NCBI GenBank assembly: GCA_026770705.1
Contig: JANJGN010000021.1
Location: forward strand, 91,078,001 to 91,142,000
DNA length: 64,000 nucleotides
Origin: Isurus oxyrinchus
Lineage: Eukaryota
Direction of reading: 5' to 3'
Shown here: in pieces, positions 52,490 through 64,000 of the stretch
How the letters are laid out: each line of letters begins with the position of its first letter
Position numbering within the stretch: position 1 is the first letter of the stretch
Made by a program: the position numbers and the translations under genes
Notes under the pieces: model-generated
The model's database searches: none
Seen by the model: only the letters and a program-made list of their open reading frames with translations
What the model was told of the DNA's origin: nothing

Positions 52490-52899
52490 GTAAGCACTAA
52501 AGCAAGCTACGTTCAGAATAACGAGGAACAGAAAATTTTGCTGGTTGACATCGAGTACTATACCATATAATTATTTATAAACCTTTCCTCAATACTTCGA
52601 TAAAAGTGTAATTTACATCGAACATGGTTTGATTTTCGGTTCAATTGACGTCTGGGTTAAGTAGGCCTCAGATTCACCATCGTCTGCGTTGGGTATCATC
52701 CAAAGTTACCTTTAGCCAAGGATTTTATAGATGACTCATGTGATGAAGTGACCTGGGAAGGTCCTCACAGGGAATTTCATACCCATGGGCCGAAGTACAT
52801 TTCTCCGCTGCTTTTGGATTTTATGGTGACCTGTAACTTTACCATCGTTTTCCTGTCCCACAGCCGATTCTGGACACATCCTGGATTATAATTCTGATC

Positions 52900-55800
52900 T
52901 AGCTCCTTCTATCAATACGCGTTGCAACGTTCAACCCTTAAAATCGCATCACGACTTCCGTAGTCCGCCACATCCGCCTCTGAACTTGGACAACAGTTCA
53001 CTGATGTTGACTCCACGCTACCTATATCACCTTTATCCCAGCATGGGAATTCTGTAGTTCACTCTAAAATCCTTCCTCATATCCATTTTCTATTGGACGT
53101 TCGTTCACTACCATGATATATTGCCACCTAACTAGATTGTTTGAGAATTCCCGATGTCAATTCATGTTCACATTCTGGCTGTCACTCTGGACCCGTGTCC
53201 GTCACTTTCATTTCCAATTTATTTTCTTTTTATTTCTCTCTTTAATCTCCTGGACACCCCACTCCTGTCTTCCCGCCTCCTTCAATCTCCCCTATTTCAT
53301 GCACTCTGTCCTCCGAAACCTCTACCCGAACTCTTCAATGCTTCCCGTTCTTCCTACTCTGTTGTCGTCCCATGCTTGACTCTGTGCTTCTATTGCAATT
53401 ATCATAGGGACACGCAGTTAGATTTGCCGCTGCCTTCTCATGGGCAACAACTACTACTGTTCCGCCCTATTATGTTACCGAGCTTTCCACCCAGTAAGCC
53501 CGCAGGGGGATAAAGCTGCCAATCTCTCCCCCATAGAACTGGCTGCTCCTAGTGCTGACTCTGTGGACACTGCAAACTGAACAAGTATTGTTACCGCCCT
53601 CAGATTTTCTCCCAGATTAACAATTCACTCGTGCCATTCATGAGGTTATTGTGGATGATTGCATTGTTATCATGATCTTAATGGAAACCGGGTTTAGGGG
53701 TGATTATAACTTTCCCCTAAACGACGCCTCCCAGTCTGTCTATGGCTTCCAGCAATTCCTCCCAGTTTGCCCTGGAAACAGTGTGGTTATCAGCACCAAA
53801 TTACTTCTTGGCCCGTCCCCAGCAACTTCTCTGCATCTGAGCGCTTCAAGTTATTCCAGACCTCTCACCTCTCGTTTTATTTCCACATCTTTTACCCCCA
53901 ACCCAAGGGACGCACCAGTATTTCCATAAAATAAGTCAATTGTTTTATTCACTCAGCCTCTGCACAGAGAAATTTCTCAGCTTCGGTGTTTTCAAAGCCA
54001 ATTTCAATCCACCTTGTTGTCTCTCTCCTATTAGTTCATTGACATCCAATCATCCCTTAATCCCTCCCTGCAAGTAAACTCCCCAACACATATTCATGTC
54101 ACTCCTATGCCTTGTCTTTTCACGTGGGCGAGACCACACCCATGATGATAATCAGAGTTGAAGCCATCGCACTAATCCTTTCCTTGTATCACTCGAAAAC
54201 CACTTTTTGTTCTCCATTCCAACACAACGTCTTCTGTGCTTCACAAGGCACTTGAAACTCTCTCCAAATTTGCTTACAGTTTACAGCTGCACTGTCAAAG
54301 TTTCATACTGTGGGCAACGGATTAGCCATTGATCAGCAAGTCTGACTGAGCCAAATAAAGCACCATCGGGCACTTCTGCCGTCTGCCAAAACAGTTCACT
54401 TTTCCAGGATCACCGTGCAAGTCAAAAATAATCTCAGCTTCCATTCCCACTAAAAATGTCTTCTGAAACCCTTCACGCCTAATTACCCTCCCTTCACCTC
54501 CAACAGCAAGTGCTAAGAGTCTCTGGACAACTTTGTCACTTTTGAGACCACCTGGTCAGCTGCTGCACCAGCTGCCCCCTTTTGTCGAACTCACGAGGCC
54601 TAACGTTCTCCAACCACGACCCCTCTTTCCCCCAGCATTGAATTCTGTCTCTGGTTTCTCCCCAGTCCCCCTCAAACCTTCTCTGAGGTCATCCTCTCCA
54701 TGAGACCCCCCTCATGCTCCATAATCCCACTAAACTTCGGAGCAACCAAAATTTCCTCGTGGTCCCTATGACCACCAATATTGTTGAAGGTTCTCTGTTC
54801 TCAGGAGTTACCCCTCTCCTTGAAATCTGCCGTTACCATGCATCTCTACTAAATAAAACACTTAACCCCACCATCCTTGTAAACTATTGCCTCATCTTCC
54901 ATCTTCCCTTCCCCTGTGAAAGCTCTGGAAATCGTTGTTGCCCGTTGAAATCTGCTCCTCTTCTCTGGAACTCCATATTTGAATTCGTCCAATCCAATTA
55001 GGTTCCCGCTTGTGCCACAGTGCCAAAACTCTTCTCACAATCACACTCGCAAATCATATCCTGTCTGACTGTGAAAAGTGAATCTGTTCCTTCTAGTCCT
55101 TCTCGACCTTCCTGCAATCTTGGACTCGGTTACTCAGACTCTAGCAACACCCTCCCACCCCCCGTCACCCTCCCCCCCACCCCCAAAACCCTCTATGCCA
55201 TAGCTCAGCCGAGTGGTACTGCTCTCGCCAGGCCCTGTACTTACCTGTCTAATCGTGACCAGAGGCTTATCTTCCAGCTCATTACCAAGATATCTGGTGA
55301 CTCCAAATATTTATCCCTGCCCACCTCTTATTGTTCATTTACAGCCAGCCCCTCTGTTACATCATCTGAAAACGCAATGGCAGTTTTGTACGTGATGCTG
55401 ACGACACCTATCTCTACATCACCACCATCCCTTTCAATCCATCTTCTACCTTTAAATTGTGAAACCGTTTGTTTAACATCCAGTACTGGGAAGGCAGATT
55501 TGATAACTAAATATTAGGAAGACCCAAAGCCTTCTATTCGGCCCCTGCCACAATATGCAGACTCTAGCTACCAACTCCATCCCACTCTCTTGCAACAGTC
55601 TGAGGCAGAACCAATCTGCTCACAGCCTTGGTGCCATGTATGACCCCGGGATGAGCTTCCAGAGTCACTCAGGCTGCCTACTTTCACCTCCACAACATAG
55701 ATGACTCCGCATTGCATCAGTTCATATGCTGCTGAATCGCTTATGCATGTCTTTAGTCTTGAATTTTCCAATGTACTCCTGTCCAGTCCCCCACGTTTTA

Positions 55801-56240
55801 CTGTCCAGAAACTGGGATTCGTCCAGAACCCTGTTGCCCACATCCTAATTCACACCAAGTTCTCTTCACCTTTCAATCTCAACATCGTTGATTTACATTG
55901 GCCCTCAGTCAAGCAACGCCTCAATTTTACAAATCTCATCTATCCCGACAACCCTCTAACATACCTGTATGGATGTTAAGTATGGTCACTTGAGCATTTC
56001 CGATTTTCATCGCTCCATCATTAATAGCAGCGTCGTCAAATGTCAAACCCTAAGCTCTGCAATGTTCTGTCGAAACATCTTCGCCTCTCTGCCCGTCTTT
56101 CTTCCCTGAAGAAGATTTTGTCAATTTGTCTGATTTATTTTTCTGTAATTTCGTGTCAATTTTTGTTTGATAACGTTGTAGTGCAGCGCCTTCAGACATC
56201 ATGCTACCTTAAAGGCCCTATATAAATCTTAGTTGTTGCT
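52900..56240 (+). mobile_element. Decayed L2-type LINE
   Basis: gatgctgacgacacc (YADD-like site); SLEFSNVLLSSPP...LGFVQNPVAHIL...DLHWPSVKQRLNF; tail taaaggccctatataaatcttagttgttgct. Confidence 0.8.
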
Positions 56241-56357
56241 GTATGTCTGAAAGCTTTTGTACTTTCTATTTACAAAGCACTGATCGTACACTGATGCTAT
56301 TAACTTACTTGGAAAATGTTTTCTAATATTGCGAGTGCCTTCTTCTTTCTTTGCCAG

Positions 56358-56393
56358 ACCCTCACACTAGAAACTTGAAGAGGAAAAAATATG
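56358..56393 (+). CDS. Possible microexon 17 (36 nt): HPHTRNLKRKKY; alternatively a terminal exon reading on to GFSLKIKL-stop
   Basis: Strong acceptor ccttcttctttctttgccag and open phase-1 frame, but the donor (ATG|gtttta) is weak. Confidence 0.4.
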
Positions 56394-57137
56394 GTTTTAG
56401 CTTAAAAATTAAACTGTAGCTGCCAATAATTGTGCAATGATTACATTCGTTGTGTATTTTTTTGTTAGGGTCTGACTTAGCCAAAATAGGACGTAAGTGT
56501 CTCTACTTTCTTTTTCCTCTTTATTAATAAAATGTGAAAGCGTGCTTATCACTGGCAGCTGTCTGAGTAGCATTCATAGGGCATTTTTTCTTAACGATTT
56601 GTCACACAAGCATCCGAAACTGCCATTATCCAAACAAAACCAGATGGATTTAGGGTTGCATGGTACACTGCAGTATTGAAATCGGGACACAATATACCTA
56701 TCCAGTTAGAATTCCACCTCCTGGTTACTGTCCAGAATTTTTCTTTCAGCATCGCTCATATGCCTCGTTCCGGGCTAGATGATAGTTAGACACGGTTCTG
56801 CCATTTACATTCTAAAACCTTATATATAAAATCCTTGTGTTACCGCTGGAGTACCATAACAATTTGTAGCCATTTACTACAAGGCTGGTAAAATTGTGAA
56901 TGCAATAAAATCTCACCTTGCTATAGAATTCCACAGAGCGCCTTACAATGTCGATGCATGCTAAACTGAGGGCTAGGGATAGTTGGCGAGGACAGTGGAA
57001 TGTGTCAGTGAAAGTTTCCGAAGTTAAGGACCACAGTTTCCTTGGACACAGGAATTAGGCAGAGCTGTCTAGATAAAAACGGCATGTGCTACTTAAGAAA
57101 AAATGGCTTGCGCTTATCATAAATAATTGCATTTCAG

Positions 57138-57154
57138 AAGAAGTAGTGCCGTGA
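57138..57154 (+). CDS. Possible terminal coding exon (E/Q)EVVP-stop followed by 3' UTR
   Basis: aattgcatttcag|AAGAAGTAGTGCCGTGA; AATAAA at 57390-57395; a competing acceptor ends at 57190. Confidence 0.3.
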
Positions 57155-58555
57155 GCCTATCCATGGTTTGAGTTTCGATTTCTGTGACAGAGAGGAAGAG
57201 TGATAAGAGATGGTGGAATTACTACACCTGCCTTCAGCTGAGATACAATTTCAGAAATATAATGGGGAATTGCAATCCAGGAGAAAAGAACTAAATGCCA
57301 TCGAAAATGATGATTGCTTTCGAAGAGACCAGTATCATCGAAACAGATGGATACTTTGCATCCAGTGATTATTGAAGTATGCCAAGGATAATAAAGCAAT
57401 GTTTCTCAGTTCACATGCTGCAGAGGGAATTGTGATAATTCATATATCGACATCAAAAATAGGAGCCCAGAAAATCTTGTGGTACCTTATTTTGGACTAA
57501 TACACAATATGTTGATCAAATCCCTGACTTAGCTATATGAACCAGGTGTCAAACAGTTTCAGATAAATAAGTTGATCTGCGCAAACGAAAAATATCACAG
57601 ACCACCCCTGATGCAGCCCAGACTAAATTCGAAACCACAGAAATGTCAATATTATGCTTCATACAAAGTGTATTATTGTGCATTGTTATCAATCAAGTGA
57701 TGAAAGAAAGAAAAAACTTAATTTCAAAGTAGGATAAAACTGTGTGGTTTTATCTAAGGGATCATTTACAGTTTGTCAAGAGTAAATGCATTCATTAAAG
57801 TCAATTGTATTTAACAAAGTTATTATTTAATGATATGCAATTGTATTTTGATACTATTTCGCATCATTTTTCATTGGCGAATGTTGTGTTCTCTATTCTG
57901 AAACGCATATTTTTGTACATTATTTATATTATTTCATAACTGGCCAATGACGTTTCACATCTGTGGTACCCTGCAAAGTGAATTCGCATCTTGGGCTATC
58001 CAGGGGAATGGACGGCTAATGTTAGGTCATCGACAAGGGAATCAACATTAGTCGAGAGGACCATGTATGGCTACGCAGAGATCCTGCCGCTCTCATATCA
58101 TGTGTCCTGTAAGTGATTCCCGCCCCAATTCCAATGTTGACTCGTAACTGTCCTCAATGTTGTCCTGTCAAGCTATTCACTTGCATTGAAGTTTGGCTGC
58201 TCAGTTAAGAATGGACAATAAGTGTCGGTTTTCCAGGTGATGCGACATCTTGAGAATGACTGCTTATTAAATAAATTCGCTGTATCTACTAGTAGGCAGA
58301 TTTTTAATTTCCATTTTTGAGATCCTGCTGTCTGTATATTTAGCTATCTGTGTGTATATCTATCCATCTACGTACCCTCCTTTTTATTTACCTTAAATGA
58401 TGGCAGCAGCAACAGGCGAGACAAACACGCATAATGCAGCACATGTCACAAAATACATTAGCAATGTGTTGTATCTGTGCTTGCAATTCCTATAAACATT
58501 TTTTGTTCTAATTTTATACAGCTAATCATTTCAGAATGTGCTTGTGCACCCTTAT

Positions 58556-58616
58556 ATGACCAAAGCAATAATAATGCTTACGATGCTCACTATCACTACA
58601 GGTGCACGACAAGCTC
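58556..58616 (+). CDS. Candidate signal-peptide (leader) exon MTKAIIMLTMLTITTGARQA, phase-1 donor
   Basis: ATG at 58556; basic residue, then hydrophobic core, then small residues; CTC|gtgagt donor at 58617; acceptors end upstream at 58521 and 58534. Confidence 0.4.
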
Positions 58617-58767
58617 GTGAGTATGCAACAGGGTTGTGGTAGGTAGTGACTGGCAATGTTAGCTTGGAACTAAGTCATTTATTTCGTGAGATGCGTGGTT
58701 GCTAAATATTTTATTAGGTCAGTTTTATCTCTACTGCTCAGTCATGATGGTGTACTGGTGTTGACCA

Positions 58768-58798
58768 GTCTCTCTCTCTCTTTCTCTCCCTATCTCTG

Positions 58799-58837
<39 letters not shown>

Positions 58838-58895
58838 GCTCGCTTTCTCTTTCTCGCTCTCTATCTCTCTGTGGCTGTCTCCATCCCCTCGCTCT
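58768..58895. repeat. (CT)n microsatellite
   Basis: Seen directly. Confidence 0.95.
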
Positions 58896-58984
58896 CCATT
58901 ATTCACAGTCTAATCCTTAGCCTGCCTCATTTCTTGTCTCATTTATTGTACAGGTATGTCTTCGTATCTATTCGCTACCTATCT

Positions 58985-60420
58985 AAAATGCAAACAGAAA
59001 GTGCTGGGAAAACTCAGTAATTCTGGCAGTATCTGTGGAGAGGAAAACATAGTTAACGTGTCCAATCAATTGATTCTTCTTCTGAGCTGGAAGGAGGTAG
59101 AAGCATGATGGTTTTAATGGTGTTGGAAGTTGTCAGGGGGGTGGAAATCTGGGATGGTGTAAAGGCCGAGGGAGATTAAATAATAAAAAAGCAAATGTTT
59201 GCAGTAAAGAAACAAAGCATTGGTCCAGAGAAAGCATTAATTCCAGCCTTAATGATCAGCTCTGCCTGAAAGCAAAACACATAAAAACAAGGAACAGACA
59301 GGCACTTGCAAAACAAAGAATCAAAATGGGATTCAGAGTTCATGGTCTGAAGTTGTTAAATTCATTGTTGAGTCCACAGGCTGCAAAGCACCTAAGCGGA
59401 AGATGGGGTGCTGTTCCTCCAGCTTGCATTGAGTTTCATTGGAATGGTGCAGCAGGCCGTGGACAGAAGTTTGAGTGCAAAAGCAAGGTGCCGAATTTAA
59501 ATGGCAACTAATGGAAGTTTTGCATCATGCTTGTGGGCTGAGCGGAGGCATTCCATGAAGCGGTCACCCAGTTTGTGTTTGGTCTCCTCCGTGTAGAGGG
59601 GACCGGATTGTGAGCTGTGTATGCAATGCAATAAAAAGGTTGATGTACAGATACATTGTTGTTTCAGTTGGAAGATATGCTTGGTGCCTTGGAAGGCGGG
59701 AAGAAAGGACGTAACAGCGCAGGTGCTACACATCCTGCAATTACATGGGAAGGTGTAGTGGGGAGCGGAGGAGGTGTTGGGGTGATAGGGAAGTAGGCCA
59801 AGGTATTGCGGACGGAATGGGCTCTTGGAAAATGGTGCAGGATGAAACTTTAAATGTGGAAGTTGGTGGAGTGGAAAATTAAGGCAAGGGGAACCTGCCA
59901 TCATTCTGGGAGGGGGAAGAAGGTATGAGAGCAAGGTTTCCAGAAATGGGTCAGAGTCGGTTAAGGGCCCTGTCAAAAACAGTGCAAAGGAACCCTCGGT
60001 TCGTGGAATAAGGAAGACATGTCAGAAGTGCCAGTGTGGAAGATATGCCAGAATAGATGTGGCGGAAACAAAGAAACTGGGAAAATGGAATGGAGTCCTT
60101 ACAGGACAAGTGTGGGGAAGTGTAGTTGAGGTAACTGTGGGAGTCGGTGGGAGAATAACGAATATTAGCAGACAGGCTATCCCCAGATGTGAAGAAAGAG
60201 AAGTCGAGCAAGGGACGGGAAGAGTCAGAGATGGACCATGTCAATGTGAAAAAGTGTTGTAGGGTAGAAATATGAAGCATATTTGGTTTATTTTTCCAGT
60301 TCTGAGCAGAAGTGGGACCGATATAGTCATCTATGTACCAGAAAAATCATTGGGGTAGGGAGCTGATTAGGACTGGAACAAGGAATGTTCCACATACACC
60401 ACAAAAAGACGAGCGTAACT
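58985..60420 (-). mobile_element. Penelope-like element (RT thumb + GIY-YIG endonuclease remnant)
   Basis: TWSISDSSRPLLDF...YSPTDSHSYLNYTSPH...KDSIPFSQFL; TFPCNCRMCSTC...QGTKHIFQLKQQCICTS...LYTEETKHKLGDRFMECLRS. Confidence 0.9.
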
Positions 60421-60427
60421 AGGGCTG

Positions 60428-60545
60428 TTTATCTACTTATCTACCTACCTACCTGCCTACTTGTCTATCTATCCATCTACCTACCTACCTTTCTATCTAC
60501 TATCTATCTGTCTGTCTATCTACCCACCCATCCATCCACCTGCAT
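60428..60545. repeat. (CTAT/CTAC)n tetranucleotide microsatellite
   Basis: Seen directly. Confidence 0.9.
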
Positions 60546-61959
60546 ACATACCTTCTTAGCTGCCCATTTATTCCTGTCCTTTCGCATATGCATGAATGCT
60601 TACAGTGCTGGGAAAGGCGAAGGTTCTCAATTGAGTAGAATTATGAGAAAAGCACATGCTGTTAAATTAAGAATTCTACATCAATGCATAGATAATTTTA
60701 GTCATTCTCATTTGGTAATAATGAAATTTATGTTTGATATTCATGTTGATGTGCATTTTGCAATAATATTAGTATTCATGATAATTCGCCTACCTACGCC
60801 TATTTAAATTAAACTACCTAGTGATTTACATTCCACCCACATGCTTATTTCGTATAACACACATTTTGCGTTGTTAACGTTGTCAACCATTAGCCATTGA
60901 AATCAATAGATGACTCATCACTGTTGAGCCGACAGCGCGTGGTGTGCTGACTTGTTCCAGAAGTCATAACATCCGTTTAACAAAGCATTCCAGGAAGAAA
61001 GGTACTTTCCCATGTTCCGGAGCTGTAGTACTTGCTTCTATCAGCAAGTTAAAATCAACAGACCTAGCAGTCCAAAATGCAAAGGGTGCAACTTCTGTAC
61101 TCATTCTTACTTTCTTCAGCCTAAGCACACCTAAATGCAAATCGCTCATCGGACTAATACACTGCAACAGCATAGAAAATAGACTAACGCATTGTAAAAT
61201 TCTTGAAGTATAACGTAATTACATCGTCAGTTTCTTTTAAATCAATGGCGAAGCAGTAAATACCAGATAGCCCCTTCCCAGGATCGGAGAACAATAGTTA
61301 ATCAACTTCCCCGATGAACCTGGAACTCCTCCCGATCTGTTAAAGCAAATGAATCTGATAAATGTTTTATTACGCCTATCCCAGATTAAGTCCCTAGGAA
61401 ATGGGCTAGTTTGATATATTTGACTTGTGTCTTTCAACTTGAAGCGTGATCATCAGAATTACATCTGAATATCTAACTATTGCAAAATTCAAACAGGACA
61501 GTTACATTTCTCTATAATTTAATTGCAGAGTAGATACTACGCACTGCAAATTGCAACAATCAATTCACATTAGCTGATTCGAATTGTTTACGAGAAAAAC
61601 AGTTTTAATCCAATCGATGCAAATTAGGTCATATGAAATTCAGGGTCAGGCAGGCAATTTACATGAAATTACTGACAGCATGGAAACGTTTATATTTCAC
61701 CCCTAGACTTTGCGTCATTCTGCAATGTTAATGGACAGTTATTGCTAGAACAGTTTCACAAGCGAACATCAGTGGGATTAATGAGATTACGTTAAAGAAC
61801 GTTATATCATCTCCTAACTTTGAAATTTAACCATGTTCCTAAAGAATACGGTCGATATAAATCGCGCACCTAAAAGTTCTTTACCAGAATAAAGTGTCAC
61901 CGTTTAGCAGAACATGCAGCTAACTATAATGAACTACTCTAAAAAAAAATTATTTATAT

Positions 61960-62395
61960 AACAAGTTTCAAGATGCCCGAGAGCGTTATGCAAGCAACAA
62001 AATAACTTTGGAATGAAGTCAATCTTGTGAGCGTTGGAAGCATAGCAACCAATTCATGCAAAGCAAGGTCCAATAAACAGCAATGAGTTAACAGCTAGGT
62101 AATGTGTTTTAGCCTGATTTGTTAAGGGATAAATATTAACCAGGACACATTATAAAAATGTGCCAGCTCTTCTTCTAAAGAGTAACATAGGAGCTTTCAT
62201 TCACCGGAAAGGGCAGGCGAGGCCTTATTTTAATGGTTCATCTGAAAGACAGCACCACCAACAGTGCTGCATTCCTTCAGTGATGCACTGTACTGGCAGC
62301 CTAAATTGTAGATTCATGCAGGTAGAGTAGAAAATTAACCAAATATTTCTGACTCAGATGTGTGAGTGCTATCAAATGAGCCATGGCTGAAAGCA
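61960..62395 (-). mobile_element. tRNA-derived SINE with Deu-domain-like core
   Basis: ggttcatctgaaagacagcaccaccaacagtgctgcattccttcagtgatgcactg resembles the DeuSINE core; tRNA-like head at about 62345-62390 on the minus strand. Confidence 0.65.
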
Positions 62396-64000
62396 TGACG
62401 AACATGCAATGAAAAGAACCAATAAGAATTTGAAAACCAATAAACCAATAAGCAATATGTCCGCCAGTGCATACATAGCCTGTTTCAGCATCTTCCACTT
62501 TTAAGTCGCCCCAACCATTAGGTTATTTGCTGAATTTTCTGCCCTATCTAGTTCGCTTTCAAGAGGTTGGCATCAGCTCCCCTTTGATAAAGCCCTATGA
62601 CACAAACCCGGTTTGCAAAAACAAAAGGGTTATGCTGCAGTCACAAACCTCACATTTCAAGTCACAAATTGATGCTGATTTATTTCGTTCAGACTCTTGA
62701 TAACAAAAAACATTTCGAGATGTATGTACTAATAGCTCCATTTCAACATTAATTTCAATGAAACTACGCCTGCTTCCTCAAAATTAATTTACAAAGAGAG
62801 TTCAAAACATCAGAAATACGGATAATCTCTAGATTACATTTCCAACTAATTAATATTATTTGTAAGGGTGGTACAGTTGCTAATACTATTACCAATTTCC
62901 TTTATGAACATAACCCCTACAAGGATGCAATAACTTGTAAGAATTACATATCCACCGTTGAATCTAAATCAGATTATGCAGGCGCTGTGCATACTTGATT
63001 AACTGCAATGCTTCTCATTAGCACTGAATGCAAGCTTTGAGATGACGAGCAAAGAAAACGCTAATATATCTTATTCTCGCCAATATTCCAAACTCTCTTA
63101 GCGTGTATATTGCACCATTCCTCTGATCAGAGAGAATTCTCAGGAAATCAGCCTTACATTTTTTTATCAGGAAATCGCTGAGTAAATTAACATAATTCTC
63201 TATGATAATTTGCTGAAACCCCTTCTTGAGTCACTGGAGCTTCAAGCAGATGTTGTAGAGGGTGTGCCTTCCAATTTTCCTAACTCGATTCGCACATCTC
63301 AAGCATGTGACCCGCACAAAATCAAGATGGCCCCTTCACCTGCATTTACCTATCGGCACTCAATCCCTGCCCTGCATTACATACATTTTGGCTTAGATTT
63401 TGCAATTGCGATGATGTGAAACTGTAAGCTTTCGATTCCATTAATCAATGAAGCTGCAGCTACGGCGGTGTCCCCTCATGTGCAGCTCAGTCCGTAAATC
63501 CAGAGAATGTTGTCATTGCCGTGTCAGGTTGTGTAGGTATGATGTTCGGATGTGGTTAAAAAAACAGTATTCTCCTTTAAAAGTGGACACCGTCGGCCTT
63601 AAAATGGCTGCCAAAAGGCATCTGACTTAATAACTGTGATACAGCCAAGATACTGGAAGCTTTTGAGTTGATTAAAAGCAGACATGAAAAGACATTAAAA
63701 GTGCAATGAGTGCCCCGCAAGTGTAAATAAGATCGACTGACATATTGGCTTTCCTTCCAACAGAATAACATTAACTGATAAGGACTTCACGATGTGAAAA
63801 ACCTTGGCACTTGTTTTTCTTGTTTTTTTTCAATTCCTCTCTCTTCCCTGTAAACCCGATTCCACCTATGAAACTCGGCTGTTAAAGCAAGCACTGGCCA
63901 TTCGGCAGTGGAAGCCAACACAGCAGCGGAGACAACCCTGAAACCTCAAAACCTTCACGTTAGACAACGCAAAATCTGGACTTCAAACACGTATCAGGCC

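Noticed and set aside
60944-61437. ORFs examined as a possible Ig exon after the leader candidate
   Set aside because: No Ig Cys/Trp pattern or convincing splice boundaries
1-64000. CRISPR arrays, prokaryotic operons, intact transposon ORFs
   Set aside because: Eukaryotic intronic DNA; no repeat-spacer arrays; all retroelement ORFs are broken by stops and frameshifts

Overview
Vertebrate genomic DNA, almost certainly from a shark or other cartilaginous fish. The inference rests on AT-rich unique sequence, dense decayed CR1 LINEs, a second FADD-type LINE, an L2-type LINE, Penelope-like elements and a Deu-domain SINE. None of the supplied ORFs is a real host gene: they are retroelement debris or noise. 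The main hidden signal is a + strand gene split into at least 16 microexons of 24-36 nt spread over about 50 kb (2253-52489). Every exon has a polypyrimidine-AG acceptor and a GT donor, every length is a multiple of 3, and every intron is phase 1. Spliced in order they give 152 stop-free codons: ELNRIKRSPNEENVRLKRAAPNSVEKMKQVKDLQGKFEKLEAQLNDKERELIESHEAEFILQASQKKLQKTIRDTGVDLQSKENELKALSSILQKTEALLAEREKELDAKCNPDNERIVELRAEIRQLRASARGFVAKEQELNETTKSLNDC. This peptide has two R-x-K-R motifs followed by a long coiled coil held in one heptad register. The gene's 5' part was not found in the window and its 3' end is ambiguous (about 56.3-57.4 kb). A possible signal-peptide exon of a following gene lies at 58556-58616. 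The introns also hold three local templated duplications, Penelope hammerhead-like motifs and two copies of a LINE with a tRNA-like 5' head. Repeat boundaries were judged by eye and are approximate.
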